Assembly (NCBI GenBank): GCA_002269645.1 | Contig: NIVC01001571.1 | Coordinates: 1 to 64,000 of the forward strand | DNA: 64,000 bases | Origin: Macrostomum lignano | Lineage: Eukaryota | Direction: 5' to 3' | Shown here: piece by piece, positions 48,027 through 61,885 of the stretch | Position numbering within the stretch: the stretch's first letter is position 1 | How the letters are laid out: each line of letters starts with the position of its first letter | The notes under the pieces: generated by a model | What the model saw: only the letters and a program-made list of their open reading frames with translations | The model's database searches: none | Told to the model about the DNA's origin: nothing | Program-made: the position numbers and the translations under genes

Positions 48027-51000
48027 TCACGCGGAGGCGCCGGCGGGTGCGGCGGAGGCGGCAGCGGGAGCTGCGGAATGCCCGGCCGATTTCGCAGCCT
48101 CCTCCTCCGTGGTCGCCGCAGTCGCTCCAGCGCCATCCGCACAATTATTATTATCGACATTATTCTCGCCCTCTCCAGCGGCATCCACTCGGACATTTTC
48201 AACGTCGCTGCCACCAGCTGTGCCGCCGACGTCGCCGGAGCTGAGATTCAACGGCCAGGTCGGCGTGGCGCCCGGCGTCGCCCGGAAAATATGCTCGAAA
48301 TGGTCGATGTTGGCTTGGCCAAAGCCGCCGCCTGCGCCGACGCCAGTTCCGACGCCTCGGGAGCGTCGGCCAGCCGGGCTGTCCGAAAATCCGCTGAAAT
48401 TCTGCATCTCTAAAATCATTTTAATAGCCGTCGGAGTGTCGTTCCTAGCGGCGGCTGCGGCGGCAGCGGCGGCGGCGGCGGCCAGCATCGGGCTGCTGCT
48501 GGGTGCCATGATGGGGGTCGACCGGGCGGCGGCAGCGACAGCCGCGGCAGCGTGAGCCATGGCAGCGTGATGGTCGAAGCAACCAGTGGAGAGGATTGGA
48601 CGGAACAAATCACCAGTGGACGTCGTCGAAGGCGCGGCGTTGGCAAAGGAAGTCGACGAAGTTGTTGTCAACGCACTCGTCCGCGCAGCCATCGAAGCCG
48701 CAACGGCCGCGGCCGCCGATACCGCTGCCGCGGCATTGACGTCGCGCTCTTTCAGCGTCCCATCGACGCCTGCGACGAGCGGTTTCGGCCGCGTCAGCGG
48801 AGGCGGCATCGAGATGGCAGCGGCGGCAGCGGCGGCTGCTGCTGCGGCGGCAGATGAAGCGGCGGGCATGCCAGAAAAATGATGCGACGCCGCAGCTGCC
48901 GCATGCGGATGCTGATGATGAGGCAACGGGAAGCCGGGAAAGCCGGTCGCGTTGCAGTGCTCCGATGGCTGAAGTGGAAGAACCAGATAAGAGATCAGAA
49001 ACTTAAAAGTTTAAAAACAAAATTGAAAGACTTTAGACCAGAGCAAGAGGGGAGTTGCTGAGATGCCATGGCTCACAGGGGGAGTTGCTGAGATGCCATG
49101 GCTCACAGGGGGAGTTGCTGAGATGCCATGGCTCACAGGGGGAGTTGCTGAGACGCCATGGCTCACAGGGGGATTTGCTGAGATGCCATGGCTCACAGGT
49201 GAGATGCTGAGATGCCATGGCTCACAGGGGGATTTGCTGAGATGCCATGGCTCACAGGGGGAGTTGCTGAGATGCCATGGCTCACAGGGGGAGTTGCTGA
49301 GATGCCATGGCTCACTGGGAGAGTTGCTGATGCCATGGCTCACAGGGGGAGTTGCTGAGATGCCATGGCTCACAGGGGAAGTTGCTGAGATGCCATGGCT
49401 CACAGGTGAGATGCTGAGATGCCATGACTCACAGGGGGAGTTGCTGAGATGCCATGGCTCACTGGGAGAGTTGCTGAGATGCCATGGCTCACAGGGGGAG
49501 TTGCTGAGATGCCATGGCTCACAGGGGAAGTTGCTGAGATGCCATAGTTCACAGGGAAAAACTAACCATAGTGACTGTACAAGGCTTTGTAAATGTACAA
49601 CCACAGTAGTTAATCGCATAATAATAATAAAGGATAATAGTTGAATACACCTGCCCCCATTGGACCAGATGTGCAACCGACAGCTTAGCCGCAGCTGTTG
49701 CGAGACGCATCTAAAGACTGCGTACGGCTGTTCTAGTGGGATCGGGAATCGAACCCCCGACCTTCAAGTCGTGAGTCCGACGCTCTAACCACTAGGCTAC
49801 ACAACCCCGTAATCGCAAAAGCACAAAAATTGGTCTACCTCTATTTCTAATTTTTTAACATTAGTAACTGGCTTCAAAGAACTCGCTATCACTTCGACTC
49901 ACACTTCGGCAGAATGGCGAGCTTCTGATGCTATTGTACAGCATAGCCACCGCTTGCAGATTCATCCGCTGCTGATGCTGGAGATGATGCGACTGCTGCT
50001 GCTGCTGCTGCTGAAACTGATGAGGCATCGGGCCGCCTCGAGGCCCAGGTTGCCGATTGCTGGCGGCCGTGATCTCCGCCACCTCGTCCTCCGTGATGCT
50101 GCGATTCAACACCGACGAGGCCGGAGCCGCGGCGGCGTCGGCGTCGGCGGCCTGCGCTTCGCCGGCGCCCGCGTCATCAGCCATCGACACTGCTGCACCT
50201 TCCGCACAGCTGGCGGCGCTGTTCTCTCCGCTAGACGCATCCTCGCCGCCGGTGACGTCATCTTCATCGCCGGTGACGTCATCGTCGCCGCTGGCGACGT
50301 TATCGTCATCTGCGGAGGCGCTTCGACGTAGAGGCGCCCGATCGAAGCGCCGATTAGTTGTCGCCTTTGACAACTGCTGAGCCGCTGATGAAGCAGTGTG
50401 CTCGGCTGCTGAGTCTGAAAAATTGGAATGAGTTTTTTATTCAATTTTTGCTCTGATGAGCTATGATGGAAATTGTTAGAATACTTCTATCTTCCCAAGC
50501 AACATGTATCATCTCTACTGACTTATTGCGCTTTTACTACTACTCTACCCCTACTCGCTGTCTACTCTACCCCTACTCACTTCCTACTCACCCCTACCCA
50601 CTTCCTACTCTACCCCTACCCACTTCCTACTCTACCCCTACTCACTTCCTACTCTACCTTTATTCACTTCCTACTCAACCCTTACTCACTTCCTACTCTA
50701 CCCGTACTCACTTCCTACTCTACCCTTACTCACATCCTACTCTACCCCTACTTACTTTCTACTCTACCCCTACTTACTTTCTACTCTACCCCTACTCACT
50801 TCCTACTCCACCCCTACTCACTTCCTACTCTACCCCTACTCACTTCCAACTCTACCCTTACTCACTTCTTAATCTACCCCTACCCACTTCCTACTCATTT
50901 CCTACTCCACCCCTACTCGCTTAATACTCTACTTCTACTTGCTTTCCACTCTACCTCTAACTCACCAAAAAGCAGCTGTCCATCAGTCTGCAACTGTCGA

Positions 51001-51553
51001 TTTCCACCATCAAAACGCCGATGATTGTCGATATGTGTTTCTACACCGCCGCTTAACTGCCTACGCCTTCGTTTTTTGGGCGGCATCAGCTGAACAGCGG
51101 CGTCAGCGTCGGCGGCGTCGGACCCGACATCGATGGGACCGCCGTCACCGCCGTCGACGCTATCAGTCGACGACACCGACATTGTTCGACGCTTGCCAGC
51201 GCCGCCGCCGCTGTCGACCCCGGCACACAAGTAGGCAGACGACGGCATCAAATTGGCCTTTGGTGGAGAAGCTGTTTCAGGTTTGCATTGCTGCTGCTGC
51301 TGTTGTAGCGGCATCGGCAAGCTTGGCCTCAGCGACGGCGGAAGCGGCAACGGCGGCGCAAGCGGCTGCGGCGGCTGCTGATGCGGTGGTCGCCAATAGC
51401 TATTACCAGCGTCGCTACCAATTCCAGACGATCTGGCCCGGCATAAGCTATCGTAGGCGGCTAGAGTGTCCGGATAATTCTCCTTGACAAAAGCTAAGTC
51501 GTCTGTAGATAGCTGATAGCGGTCTAGAAGCATTGGCGGCAGCTCCATGTGCT
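48027..51553 (-). CDS. Three low-complexity (Ala/Gln/Pro/Ser) coding exons, probably the C-terminal part of NFI
   Basis: Exons 51553-50966, 50414-49903 and 48968-48027 join in frame (phases 1, 0) with consensus GTGAGT donors. Contains an NLS-like PPKKRRRR. The acceptor CACTCCAG at 51554 is phase 1, matching the NFI exon donor. Alternatively an independent gene starting at ATG 51548. Confidence 0.7.
49045..49560. repeat. 29-30-bp minisatellite GAGTTGCTGAGATGCCATGGCTCACAGGG(G)
   Basis: Direct reading. Confidence 0.97.
49616..49808 (-). mobile_element. Same SINE family, CORE domain absent
   Basis: tRNA-like head GGGGTTGTGTAGCCTAGTGGTTAGAGCGTCGGACTCACGAC..GGTTCGATTCCC is joined directly to the same 3' tail (AGATGCGT..CAACAGCTGCGGCT.AGCTGTC..TTGCACATCTG..GGGGCAGG) and (ATT)n. 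Confidence 0.8.
50530..50965. repeat. 22-bp minisatellite CTACTCACTTCCTACTCTACCC
   Basis: On the sense (minus) strand many units contain GTGAGT. Confidence 0.93.
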
Positions 51554-52939
51554 CTGGAGTGGATGGGCAAATTGAGCAGGGATGAGCGCAAAACTAAGTA
51601 CGCGTAGATGATGGCTGTCTTCAAGCCGAAGACTTCCAAAGATTGCTATTCATTTTTATGAAATCTAAGGGCGAGTTCTATAAATCGAGTCTTTACATGG
51701 TTATCAACAATGACCAAATAATAATCAACTGTGTATAAGACTGACTCATACTGATCCCTGTCTGAACATAGGTCTCTCAGCAAATCTAGCTCATATGATG
51801 TACAGTCAAGTCTTCGTACAGAGAAAAGTCTATCTTTCTTCCCAGCTTGGAGATCCTTTGTTTAGCAGGGCAGCGATAGTCTATGGCCAGCCCTGCAGAC
51901 TAACTCTGACCAACCGCCTTGATTTTTCTAAAGCTATCTATCTCAGATATTATCTTAAGACTTGATCATTGTGGCTGAGTATTAGAGCGCATTGTCAAGG
52001 AATTGTCAATCAATTACTAACAGTTAATGACAACACAGTCGGCTAGCTCCTTTTTCTTACCGCACGTAGAAAAAGCATCGATTAAGCACTAATGATTAGA
52101 AGCCACTCCAATCCCAATGCCCCAATCGAAGCCTTGCAACAATGTCAAGCCGTCAAGTGGCTCCCTCATCCACTCTATAGGCACAAAACTTGTCGGCAAA
52201 GATAAAAAGAAGAATCTATGATTTATGATTATGATTATGCAAGCCATCAACTAGTTAACGCTCTACAAGATGACGACTTCTTGGCTTACTAATGGCAAAG
52301 CGCAATAAAAATCAAGATAATAAACCGACCCTCTACCTCCGCTGAGCCAAAAACAATGAATGAAAGAAGCCTTCTAAAAGTTGTGCCACTTCATCAATAC
52401 GAAGGCGACGTTGACGCCACCTGATCCGCCATGGCTTCTCTTGGCTGACTATTAAGGAAGCAAAGCACATGTAAGCACACGCAGAGTCCAATTAGCATTT
52501 TCATAGCCTAACCGCCCAACCCTATTATTATGCTTTTCCATCCGAAAAATTCTCCAATGCAATCGCGTGCCATAAAGGGAGTTCAATGGGCTCAAAATTG
52601 CAACGAGACTGCGAGGAGGGAGGAGAGCGTGATTGGAGGTTAGAACAAAAAAGGTTACGAGGGGTTAAGAGCCTCGAGGTTGAGAGGAAGCATTGTGTCG
52701 CCAAAAAAACCTATACCTGCCATGCCACGTGCGGACGCGGCGTAGGTTTCCTTCTCTTCTATCTTGTATAAAGCTATAGCCATTCGTGTACATAAGCCTA
52801 GCTTAATGATTATAAATATTATACCTGGTGAGCTTAGCTTAAATGCACTACTATATGATTAATACACACTGACAAACTTAAAAAAAAATTCAATTACATG
52901 TAGAGAAAATAGAGCCTTAGCCTTCTGAAATTTCAACAA

Positions 52940-53225
52940 CTTGCAACTTTGCCACTCGGAAACTTTACTCCGAAAATGCCACTCTGAAACTTCAACAACA
53001 CTCCGAAACTTCAACACTCCGAACTTTGCCACTCCGAAACTTCAACACTCCGAACTTTGCCACTACGAAACTTCAACGCTCCGAACTTTGCCACTACGAA
53101 ACTTCAACACTCCGAACTTTGCCACTACGAAACTTCAACACTCCGAACTTTGCCACTACGAAACTTCAACACTCCGAACTTAGCCACTTCAAGATAAAGT
53201 TAAGTGTTCAACACTCCGAAACTCT
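52940..53225. repeat. 31-bp minisatellite CCGAACTTTGCCACTACGAAACTTCAACACT
   Basis: Direct reading. Confidence 0.95.
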
Positions 53226-55424
53226 GTCAATCAGAAACTCTTATCAGCCCGAGACTTCTCTATCCCAAAAATTTTCAACCCAGAAATCTTATATATTTGA
53301 ATCATTTAATTTTAAGCAACGCGAAACTTCTTATTCAGATTTCATTGTTTCTTTTTCTATTTTGAAATAGTCCTGCTACACTTTTCGATTTCGACCGACT
53401 GACATGTTTTGTGAACAGGCTTTGTGCGAATAAAAGCTTCTAAAGCTTCTAAAAGACTCAGAGTCTCAGAGTCGCAGAGAGATGGGGAAATGGAAAGCAA
53501 GAAATAAGAACAGGATGGGAGAACCGCTGTCATTGGACGCTGGCACCGCCGCCCCCAGCCTTCCCCCTCCTCCTCGGACTCCGCCCCTGATGTCCCACCC
53601 CTAAAAGCTTTAAACATCTACTTTCATATCGCTTTAAACAACTTCACCAGTGTGAATTAATGAATATCTAAAAACCTACATTAAGCGCATAAGCACTAAT
53701 TAGCGTGCCTCGACTTGTAATAGCAAACTAATTCGCCATGCTGCGCGATTATTTTTCTTATCTATTCTAGATTTTCTCTTAGATATGCTACGCTGTTTAA
53801 ATCCTTATCTTATCTAATATACATAGGACAATTATTGATCTACCTTTTTCCAGTGCAATCTAAGCAATAAACGATTCATTAAAATTAAAATACGAGCGCG
53901 CTTTTACTCGCACCGACTTTCTGGTTACACCCTAAGAAATGAAATTCCATTTAAAATACATATAGTATGCCACACCTAAAATTACTGGCCTAGCCCGCCT
54001 TAACTACATTGCTGAGACGATTCCGACTATTCCGCGGACTCCTGAGCAGTGAGCGCATACAAGCGCGCCAATACTGTACACAGAGACGCACTCATGCACA
54101 CCGCTCACACAGGGTCTTACAGCGGCCCTGACTAGACCTGACTTTCTAATCGTCAAGGCATGTACACTCTCTGTGTCTTGGAGGTTGGCCCCTCATGGGC
54201 GCGAATCGGAAGAAATGTCCCAATTAAGCCATAGAATCGCAGCAGCTCAGCCTTGAGCATTGATACTGGAATCTGGTACAAATCGGATGAGGTCATTTTT
54301 TTATTTTGAACTCAACAACTTCCAAAAATCCTCAGTGAAAAACTGGGTGGTGACTGACTGGTGGGTGCCCCCCGCAACTGCAAGCCAGATTGGAGGCCGA
54401 GCGAACAGCCTGCAGACAGGTGGGGGAACAATGATCGAGGTGATGGGCGGAGGCAGTTGCCTAATTAAGAAAATTGCCCTCCCCTCCCCTTGCCCTGCCT
54501 ACACCCCAGCCACAGCCACTCATCGGTCGTCACTAGTCATCGCCCCCAAGTTCAAGCTCATCAACCGCGAGGTCAGGAAAGCGGCGCCACTTATAGCTAT
54601 ACTGTTCACGTCAGTCACACACACTTACACACGAGGTTTTACTGTAGGCATTAACTTAGCCTTCTTGGGTATAGCAAATTCTGTGCCAAATATGCCTTGC
54701 AAAAATACCAGCCTTGGACAAGATCGCGATTTTGCATACAAATCCATAGATAATTTGCGTCTGCAGTAGCTGGAATAATATATAGAGTATAAAAGCGTCA
54801 ACTTGCCGAGGATTCCAAAATGGATTGAAAATCCGATTGGGAAGATCCAATCCCTTCTACCCCCCCCCCCTCAATCTCAAACTAATTCCATCTCTCGCAT
54901 CCAAAAAGATGGGAAATTAATCCTTTGACGGCTTATTTAATAATTATCGTGTAATGCGCAAAGCTGGGCGGAGACGGTGCCGCACCTGGTGGAGCAGCAG
55001 GATTAGGCCAGGTGAAAGATAGTCGAATTAGCTAATAGGCTTGGCGATGGGATAAAAAATGAGGATGAGGATGTGCTTGCAAGCGAGCGAGCGAGCGAAG
55101 TCGAAAAGTCAAATTCATCTGACTGACACTCGAGAAGATGGATAAAGATGGGGCAGAATTTTTGAGTCGCGCCCGCGTGCCTGACTAGATAATATTGGGA
55201 GAATTAGAGAGAATTATTATCTAGAATTGACAACTCTCGGGATGGAAGGTTTGAGTTGAGCTGCAATGACGCTCTCGGTGGTGCCACACGGACTGTCAGG
55301 ATTGAGAAAAATATGCATGCTTTGCAGGTCTTGACTTTCTATCACCTGTAATGGCAGAGGTTAGCAAATTAATGAAGTGGGACGCGACAGTGAGTACTAG
55401 CATACTAGAATGTGAAAATAATGT

Positions 55425-55615
55425 AGCAACTGTGTCTGAATGTATTTTTGAGTCTGTGTCTGTATGCCGTTTTGAGACTGTGTCTGCATGTATTTTTGAG
55501 TTTGTGTCTGTATGTCTTTTTTGAGTCGTCTTTTTTGAGTCTGTGTCTGCATGTCTTTTTGTGTGTGTCTGATGTATTTTTGAGTCTGTCTGTATAATGT
55601 CTACGCCTGTCTGTA
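55425..55615. repeat. Degenerate GTCTGTGTCTGYATGTATTTTTGA repeat
   Basis: Loose tandem copies. Confidence 0.7.
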
Positions 55616-56429
55616 TGTCTTCACGTCTCATCGATATTTTGCTGACTGTTGAAACTTTTCGTCTAATAGCCAAATCGTCACTTATGTAGAGATATTCGAA
55701 AAAATAACAGCAAAAATGCCGCTGACTGTCAAGAAGAGACGGGAATAAACGACGGAGAGTTCCCAGGCTGTTGTCAGGCAAGAGAAATCTACATCCAGAT
55801 AGCATATCTCAACGCTAAAGTAATGAGATTAACTCCAGGAGCTAAAAACGCATCAAAGGAAACCGGGCATAACGAGCAGCCCGTAAAGCAATTCGCTTAA
55901 TTAACATGGCGCCCCCCTATAGTCAATTGATTGCAGCTTGCCATAAGGCAGCTGCTATAAGACAACTGTGAAAGCCCCCGCCTCGGGTGAAGCGATCCGC
56001 ACAACTTGCATTAGGCCTAGTGTCATCGTGTTGTTTATCCAAATTTTTTGTTGCAAAACTCGGCACGGAGATAATCAGAAAAATGATTCGCCCCCGTAAT
56101 CCTTTCACTCGAAAGGATGCGAAGATGGCTAATTATTAAAGATTTTGAGCAGCCGCCTCGAGCCATCCGGTAATATACTGTAGCGCACACAGCCGGTTAG
56201 CAACTACTCATCTTTTTCAAAAGATTGGCTAGTATAGCAGAATCGGAAATCATCCAGGGACGTCATGGGGGTCAGCTGCCCCCACCCCTGAAGTGTCTAA
56301 ATTGGCGCTAAAATTTTTTGGACCCTTACATAGAAAAAAATATATTTCCGTGGTGCGTGCAACAAAGCTATGAAAAAGTAAACAAAAGTGTTAAGGATGG
56401 GAAAAAATAAGACAGATAGTCTATACACA

Positions 56430-56675
<246 letters not shown>

Positions 56676-59614
56676 AGATATAAGTTCCTGTTTAACCTCT
56701 ACTAGTATTTTAGTTTCTGGAAGAATTTTTCATCATAGCGCCCAAAGAAGACAGAGCAAACAGCGTCAGTCGGTGAAATATCAAGTCGGACAATAAATAT
56801 GTAGCATTGCTTAGCGATACGAAGAACTTGAATAGTAACTAAAATAAGAACAAAATTAAAACTTGTTGAACAAAAAACTACGTTCAGCGTTTGAGACTTT
56901 GATAATGACGAAAATAACAATAATAATAAAAGAATAAAGCGACTGGTCTTTCACGTTGGATCTGCGCAGCCATCCAAGCCGCCTTTTGGCCATAAAAGAA
57001 GCCAGAAAAGTGGGGGAAAGTAGCAATCCGATTTGGAAGAATAGCAGAAAAATAACTCCTCGAGGCACAAAGCAACAAGATAGCAGCAGAAGCAGTAAAA
57101 AATTGCGCAGAATTAAAAACTTTTCCAACGATCTAATCAACTGACAAAAGCGAGGAAGCCGCCCTCCAAGAACTAGCCACCTGCACTAAAGTTTTGGCAC
57201 CATTTGGCTAATACATAAATCCACCTGACTGACAAGACTGCCATCTGGCTCATCGAGACTTATTCATTTATAATCGTCTTTTTGTCTTTAAAAAAATATA
57301 TGCTAATTATTATTAGCTTCGATTCGAAATCATATAAATTAGGCCGACAGAAGGCGGAAAACTGGATAAAAAAGTCCACATCTAGGCTTAAGCCAATGGA
57401 CAGTTTCTGGATACAATTCAATACACAGCGATGACTGCAACAGCAGCTGCATTTCGTGTCTATACTATGGACAGATGCTTTATTATTAGGCTAAATTGAA
57501 TTTGCCGAGCCTGGGCATCCATGACGATCCTCTTTTGGACGTATCTCTCCTGCAGTTAGTTCACTTAGACTAGATAGCCACCATGATCAAGTTAGCAGTT
57601 CCAACCAACCAATGCTCTGCTGCTTGCTGTATCAAATCAAGAACTTATTAACTCCCAAAGCCACACTGGCGACAAAGAGAGTGGGCACCAAATTGCCGGC
57701 ACTGCACTGCCGAACAGAGAGCAGAAAAAGGTGGCTCAAACACGACAAAGAAAGAATCTGTCGTGTTGCCCACAGCATCCAGGGACAGAGTATAAATTAG
57801 ATTTACCAATAATCTTCCAGCTGAGATAGTTAAAATGGTAGACATCAAAGGCAGAAGATTTAACGCTGTTGCGAATAACAGCAGTTTATCAAAGAAGGGC
57901 CAGCGAACGACAAACAGAAATGATACAATTTGCAAGGACCTGGGTGGTGGCAGCTAGGAGGCAAGCGAATAACAAAAAAGGCCAGTTATTGCCATTCCGT
58001 TCTCGAAAATACAGAAAAAGGGGCGCCACTTTTAGTGACAACGGTGTCACTTGTGCTGCCGTCTTGAGAGATACTCTAAGGCGATATACTGAGCACAGAT
58101 TATAACCTTAACTGAAATAGTTTTTGTTCGCTTTGTATCGTTCCCTTTTTTTGAGTTTAAATCTAGGTCTAGAGTCGAGTTCAGTTGGGCGTACGAAATT
58201 GCAAAATGTATGCAGTAAGTAACTACAAATAGAACGAACGACAAGCAACAGGTTGATGCGCAGGCGCTCACAAAGAAAGATTGGAGTAGAGTTGAGATCG
58301 GCAAACGATGGGCCAACAAAGTTGCCATGCAAAATAGCTTTGCGCCTTAGCATGGCATTGCCAGTTGGCCTAAATTGGCTGGGGTACCCGAGCCGAACTG
58401 ACGGCCGAAGAAATTTTGGACAAAACAAGAAAGTGGCCGAGCCAAAGAGACAGCAAGGGTTCATTACTTCATTGACAATTCGGCAGCCAATACCACAGCC
58501 ATAATAAGGCAACGGGCAAATCGGCCCATGCAAATTACTTTTTAGTCTCTTTCTTTTTGCGTTTGACGGCTTCTCATCATAATTTCCATCCGACGGCCTT
58601 ATCTTCTGGCGCTGCTGGTTTCACTGTTTTCTGTTTTTTTATCGGCATTAGAGAATCAACCGCCTGCCCCCGCCTGTCTGACATGTGAAAGGAGAAGCGG
58701 CGCAAGTCATATTCAGCGGGATTTTCCAGGCACTCTGGCCGGGATCATTATATATTAGATGCGGGGATTTGCGAGAGCGCGCGGCCAATCCAGCCTGATA
58801 GCCGAAACGGGAGGCTTCTGCTTTTTTCTTTCTTTTTCGGCTTCTATTTTTTTCTTCGATCGATTAGCTAAATAACGGCCTCGCTCAGGGCCGAGTGACG
58901 ACTCGAGAAACAAAATGACAGGCCTTCGACAAGCCAAATAGCAGTAGCAGCAGAAGCAGCAAACAGGCAAATCAAGCGAGCAAGCAAGCCGAGGAAAGCG
59001 AGACCGGCCCGATTTGTGCGTTTTAATTACATTGGAAATTAGCTGCGAAAAAATTACTGAAATTACCGAGGAGCGGGAGAGTCGGGCCTAACAGAGAAAG
59101 GCAGAAGAACACAAAAGAAAGGGCCTAATTAAAAGTGTGGCAACTGAGTGAGGAAAAAAACTGAATCCAAAGCTAAAAAATGGTAAACTAAGCTGGATGG
59201 AGAAAAGATTGCCATAACGAGAAAAGAATAGGACACGCGCCGAGACTAAAGGGAGGAGGGGGGGTAGAGGTTAGGAAAAATCAAACGAAAAAGCAAAACT
59301 TCTCTTCAAATAAAAAGTCAGGCTACAGCTGACCCAAGAAGGTCCAACAAACAGGATCTGGAGTTTCAGTTTTCAAACACAAAATTCACCGCAAGTTCTG
59401 TTGTCAAGGTCAAATGAGTTAAATATTTTTTCTGAGTAAAAATTAATATTTTAAAAGTTAACATTTTAATCGTAATAGTCGATTCGCTTACCGGGACGCG
59501 ACACTGGCCAGTCCGACTCGAAACTTCTACATGTATAGTCTCGATTTTCATACCATCTGCTACATTTTAAAACTGAATAAATTCTACACAACTCTTGAAA
59601 ACATAACCGCTAAT

Positions 59615-59825
59615 CGATGATTACATTTCCCTCAGTTTCCGCTTATTGATAACTACATTACCCTCAGTTTCCGCTTATTGATAATTACATTTCCCTCAGT
59701 TTCCGCTTATTGATAATTACATTTCCCCCAGTTTCCGCTTATTGATTATTACATCACCCCCAGTTTCCGCTTATCGATAATTACACAGCTCCCAGTTTCC
59801 GCCCTTTGATTATTACACAGCACTC
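59615..59825. repeat. 32-bp minisatellite TTCCGCTTATTGATAATTACATTTCCCTCAGT
   Basis: About 6 copies. Confidence 0.93.
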
Positions 59826-60714
59826 AGTTTAGGTATTTATTTAAAAGAAAAATTTTTCGTTTTAAAGTCGATAAAAATGCAGATAAAATTATTTTAGTTG
59901 AGAAACTTTTAAAAAGCTTAATTAATGTTTTTCGTAGCTACTTTGTTGTTGTATTCTGATGAGGCTTCGGGAATTGGTATTGGCACGCCCAGACTCTGAT
60001 TTGCCCTTTTCCTATATGCAAACTTCAACCTTCAACCCCAGTTACAGAGATTTTCTGTTGACTAAAAGCCAACAATCAAACAAAGCAGAGAGAAATCTCC
60101 TGTATCCATTTACAATCCAAGACGTCAAGTCGGCAAAATCCCTACCTGACCGACAATGTCTGACAGCCACCTGACAGAGGCAAACAAACTAAACAGAAGA
60201 AACGAATCTTGCAGAGAGCAAACTGTTTGAATTTATGCATAGACTAAAGGCATCGAAATTTTAGCTTCAATTTTGAGCTTCAGCTCAAGGAAAGCGAGCT
60301 AGAAAAACGACTGAACAACCAAAATATTTGATTGTTCACTAATTTTCTAAATAAATCCGAGATAGGTAAACAAAATATAAACTGGCGGCAGAAACGGTTA
60401 GCGTGGGGTTACATTTTTATTTTCTGCAACACTTTCAGCAGAAAAGCAGAAATTGATACTAAACAAACAACACTGTTAACAGGGGGACCCACCTCGGATG
60501 GGGTGGCAATGGCGCGCATGACTAATCGTACATGCACAGCACTTCACAGCAGGCAGATCAGACAGTTGGTTACAATGGTTCCTATGTAAATAAATGGCTG
60601 ATAGAGATTGGAAACAGACACTTAACCTTTGGATACAGAAATGAATAGAAACTGACTAAAGAACTAACGATTCAACATTTAAGGCGATAATATAAGTTAC
60701 AGATAGACAGCAGG

Positions 60715-61100
60715 GCAGAACAATAGACAGACAGAGATAAATACACAGAGACATACAGAAAGACAGACACAAAGACACAGACAGAGAGACACAAAGACAC
60801 AGACAGAGAGACACAAAGACACAGACAGAAAGACACAAAGGCACGGGCAGACAGACACAAAGACACAGACAGACATACAGACAGACAGACACAAAGACAC
60901 AGACAGACAGACAGACAGACACAAAGACACAGACAGACATGCAGAAAGACAGACACAAAGACACAGACAGACAGACAGACAGACACAAAGACACAGACAG
61001 ACATGCAGAAAGACAGACACAAAGACACAGACAGACATGCAGAAAGACAGACAAAAAGACACAGACAGACAGACAGACACAAAGACACAGAAAGACATAC
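60715..61100. repeat. GACAGACACAAAGACACA-type degenerate repeat
   Basis: Direct reading. Confidence 0.93.
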
Positions 61101-61624
61101 AGAAACTGCTCTGGCTAAGAAAAGAGCAGAAAAATCAGAAGCAGAAACCAGAAGCAAAGAAGCGGCCAAGGAACAGAAACAACAAGAGAAGCAAGTGCAG
61201 CCGAGATGCTGTCATTATCAGCGTCAACAAAAAGCCAACGAAAGCATCAGCAGAATCGGTCAGTATCCGTCGCCAATGCGATTACCAAAAAATGATGGAT
61301 AGGACAAGAGAAGTCGGCCAACTCTCGCAGGCAATCCGCTCTGCTTTGTTTTTGGCGCATTCCAACAAGATCTCTGGCATAGGACGGTGGCATATTATAC
61401 ACGAAATCTTCCATCTTAATCTAAATAGAAAGTGGCTTGATTCAGCCAGAGTGGCATAGAGACGGGTGGGAGCAAGTAAACAGTATTCATATGGATATCC
61501 GAAGCGATTCTACACTTATCCCGATAACAAGTGCATTGCAAGGGGATTCCGTAGACACGCATAACAATTATTCATTCGTAATATCCCACAGAAATAATTG
61601 TAATGATAGCTGTTGCCATAGACT

Positions 61625-61885
61625 GTTACACCGCTTTCAGTTTCCGCCCCTAGATTATTACACCGCCATCAGATTCCGCCCCTAGATTATTACACCGCCA
61701 TCAGTTTCCGCCCCTAGATTATTACACCGCCATCAGTTTCCGCCCCTAGATTATTACACCGCCATCAGTTTCCGCCCCTAGATTATTACACCGCCCTCAG
61801 TTTCCGCCCCTCGATTATTACACCGCCATCAGATTCCGCCCCTTAAATTATTGCACCACCTTCAGTTTCCGCCCTTTGATTATTT
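61625..61885. repeat. 32-bp minisatellite TTCCGCCCCTAGATTATTACACCGCCATCAGT
   Basis: About 8 copies. Confidence 0.95.

Noticed and set aside
48027-48035. Splicing of the Ala-rich exon into the nuclear receptor as its A/B domain
   Set aside because: The only nearby donor (GTGATT) is phase 2, while the receptor acceptors are phase 0 or 1; a complete same-strand gene lies between them.
54030-54200. Hammerhead ribozyme candidate
   Set aside because: Lacks a proper CUGANGA/GAAA core arrangement.
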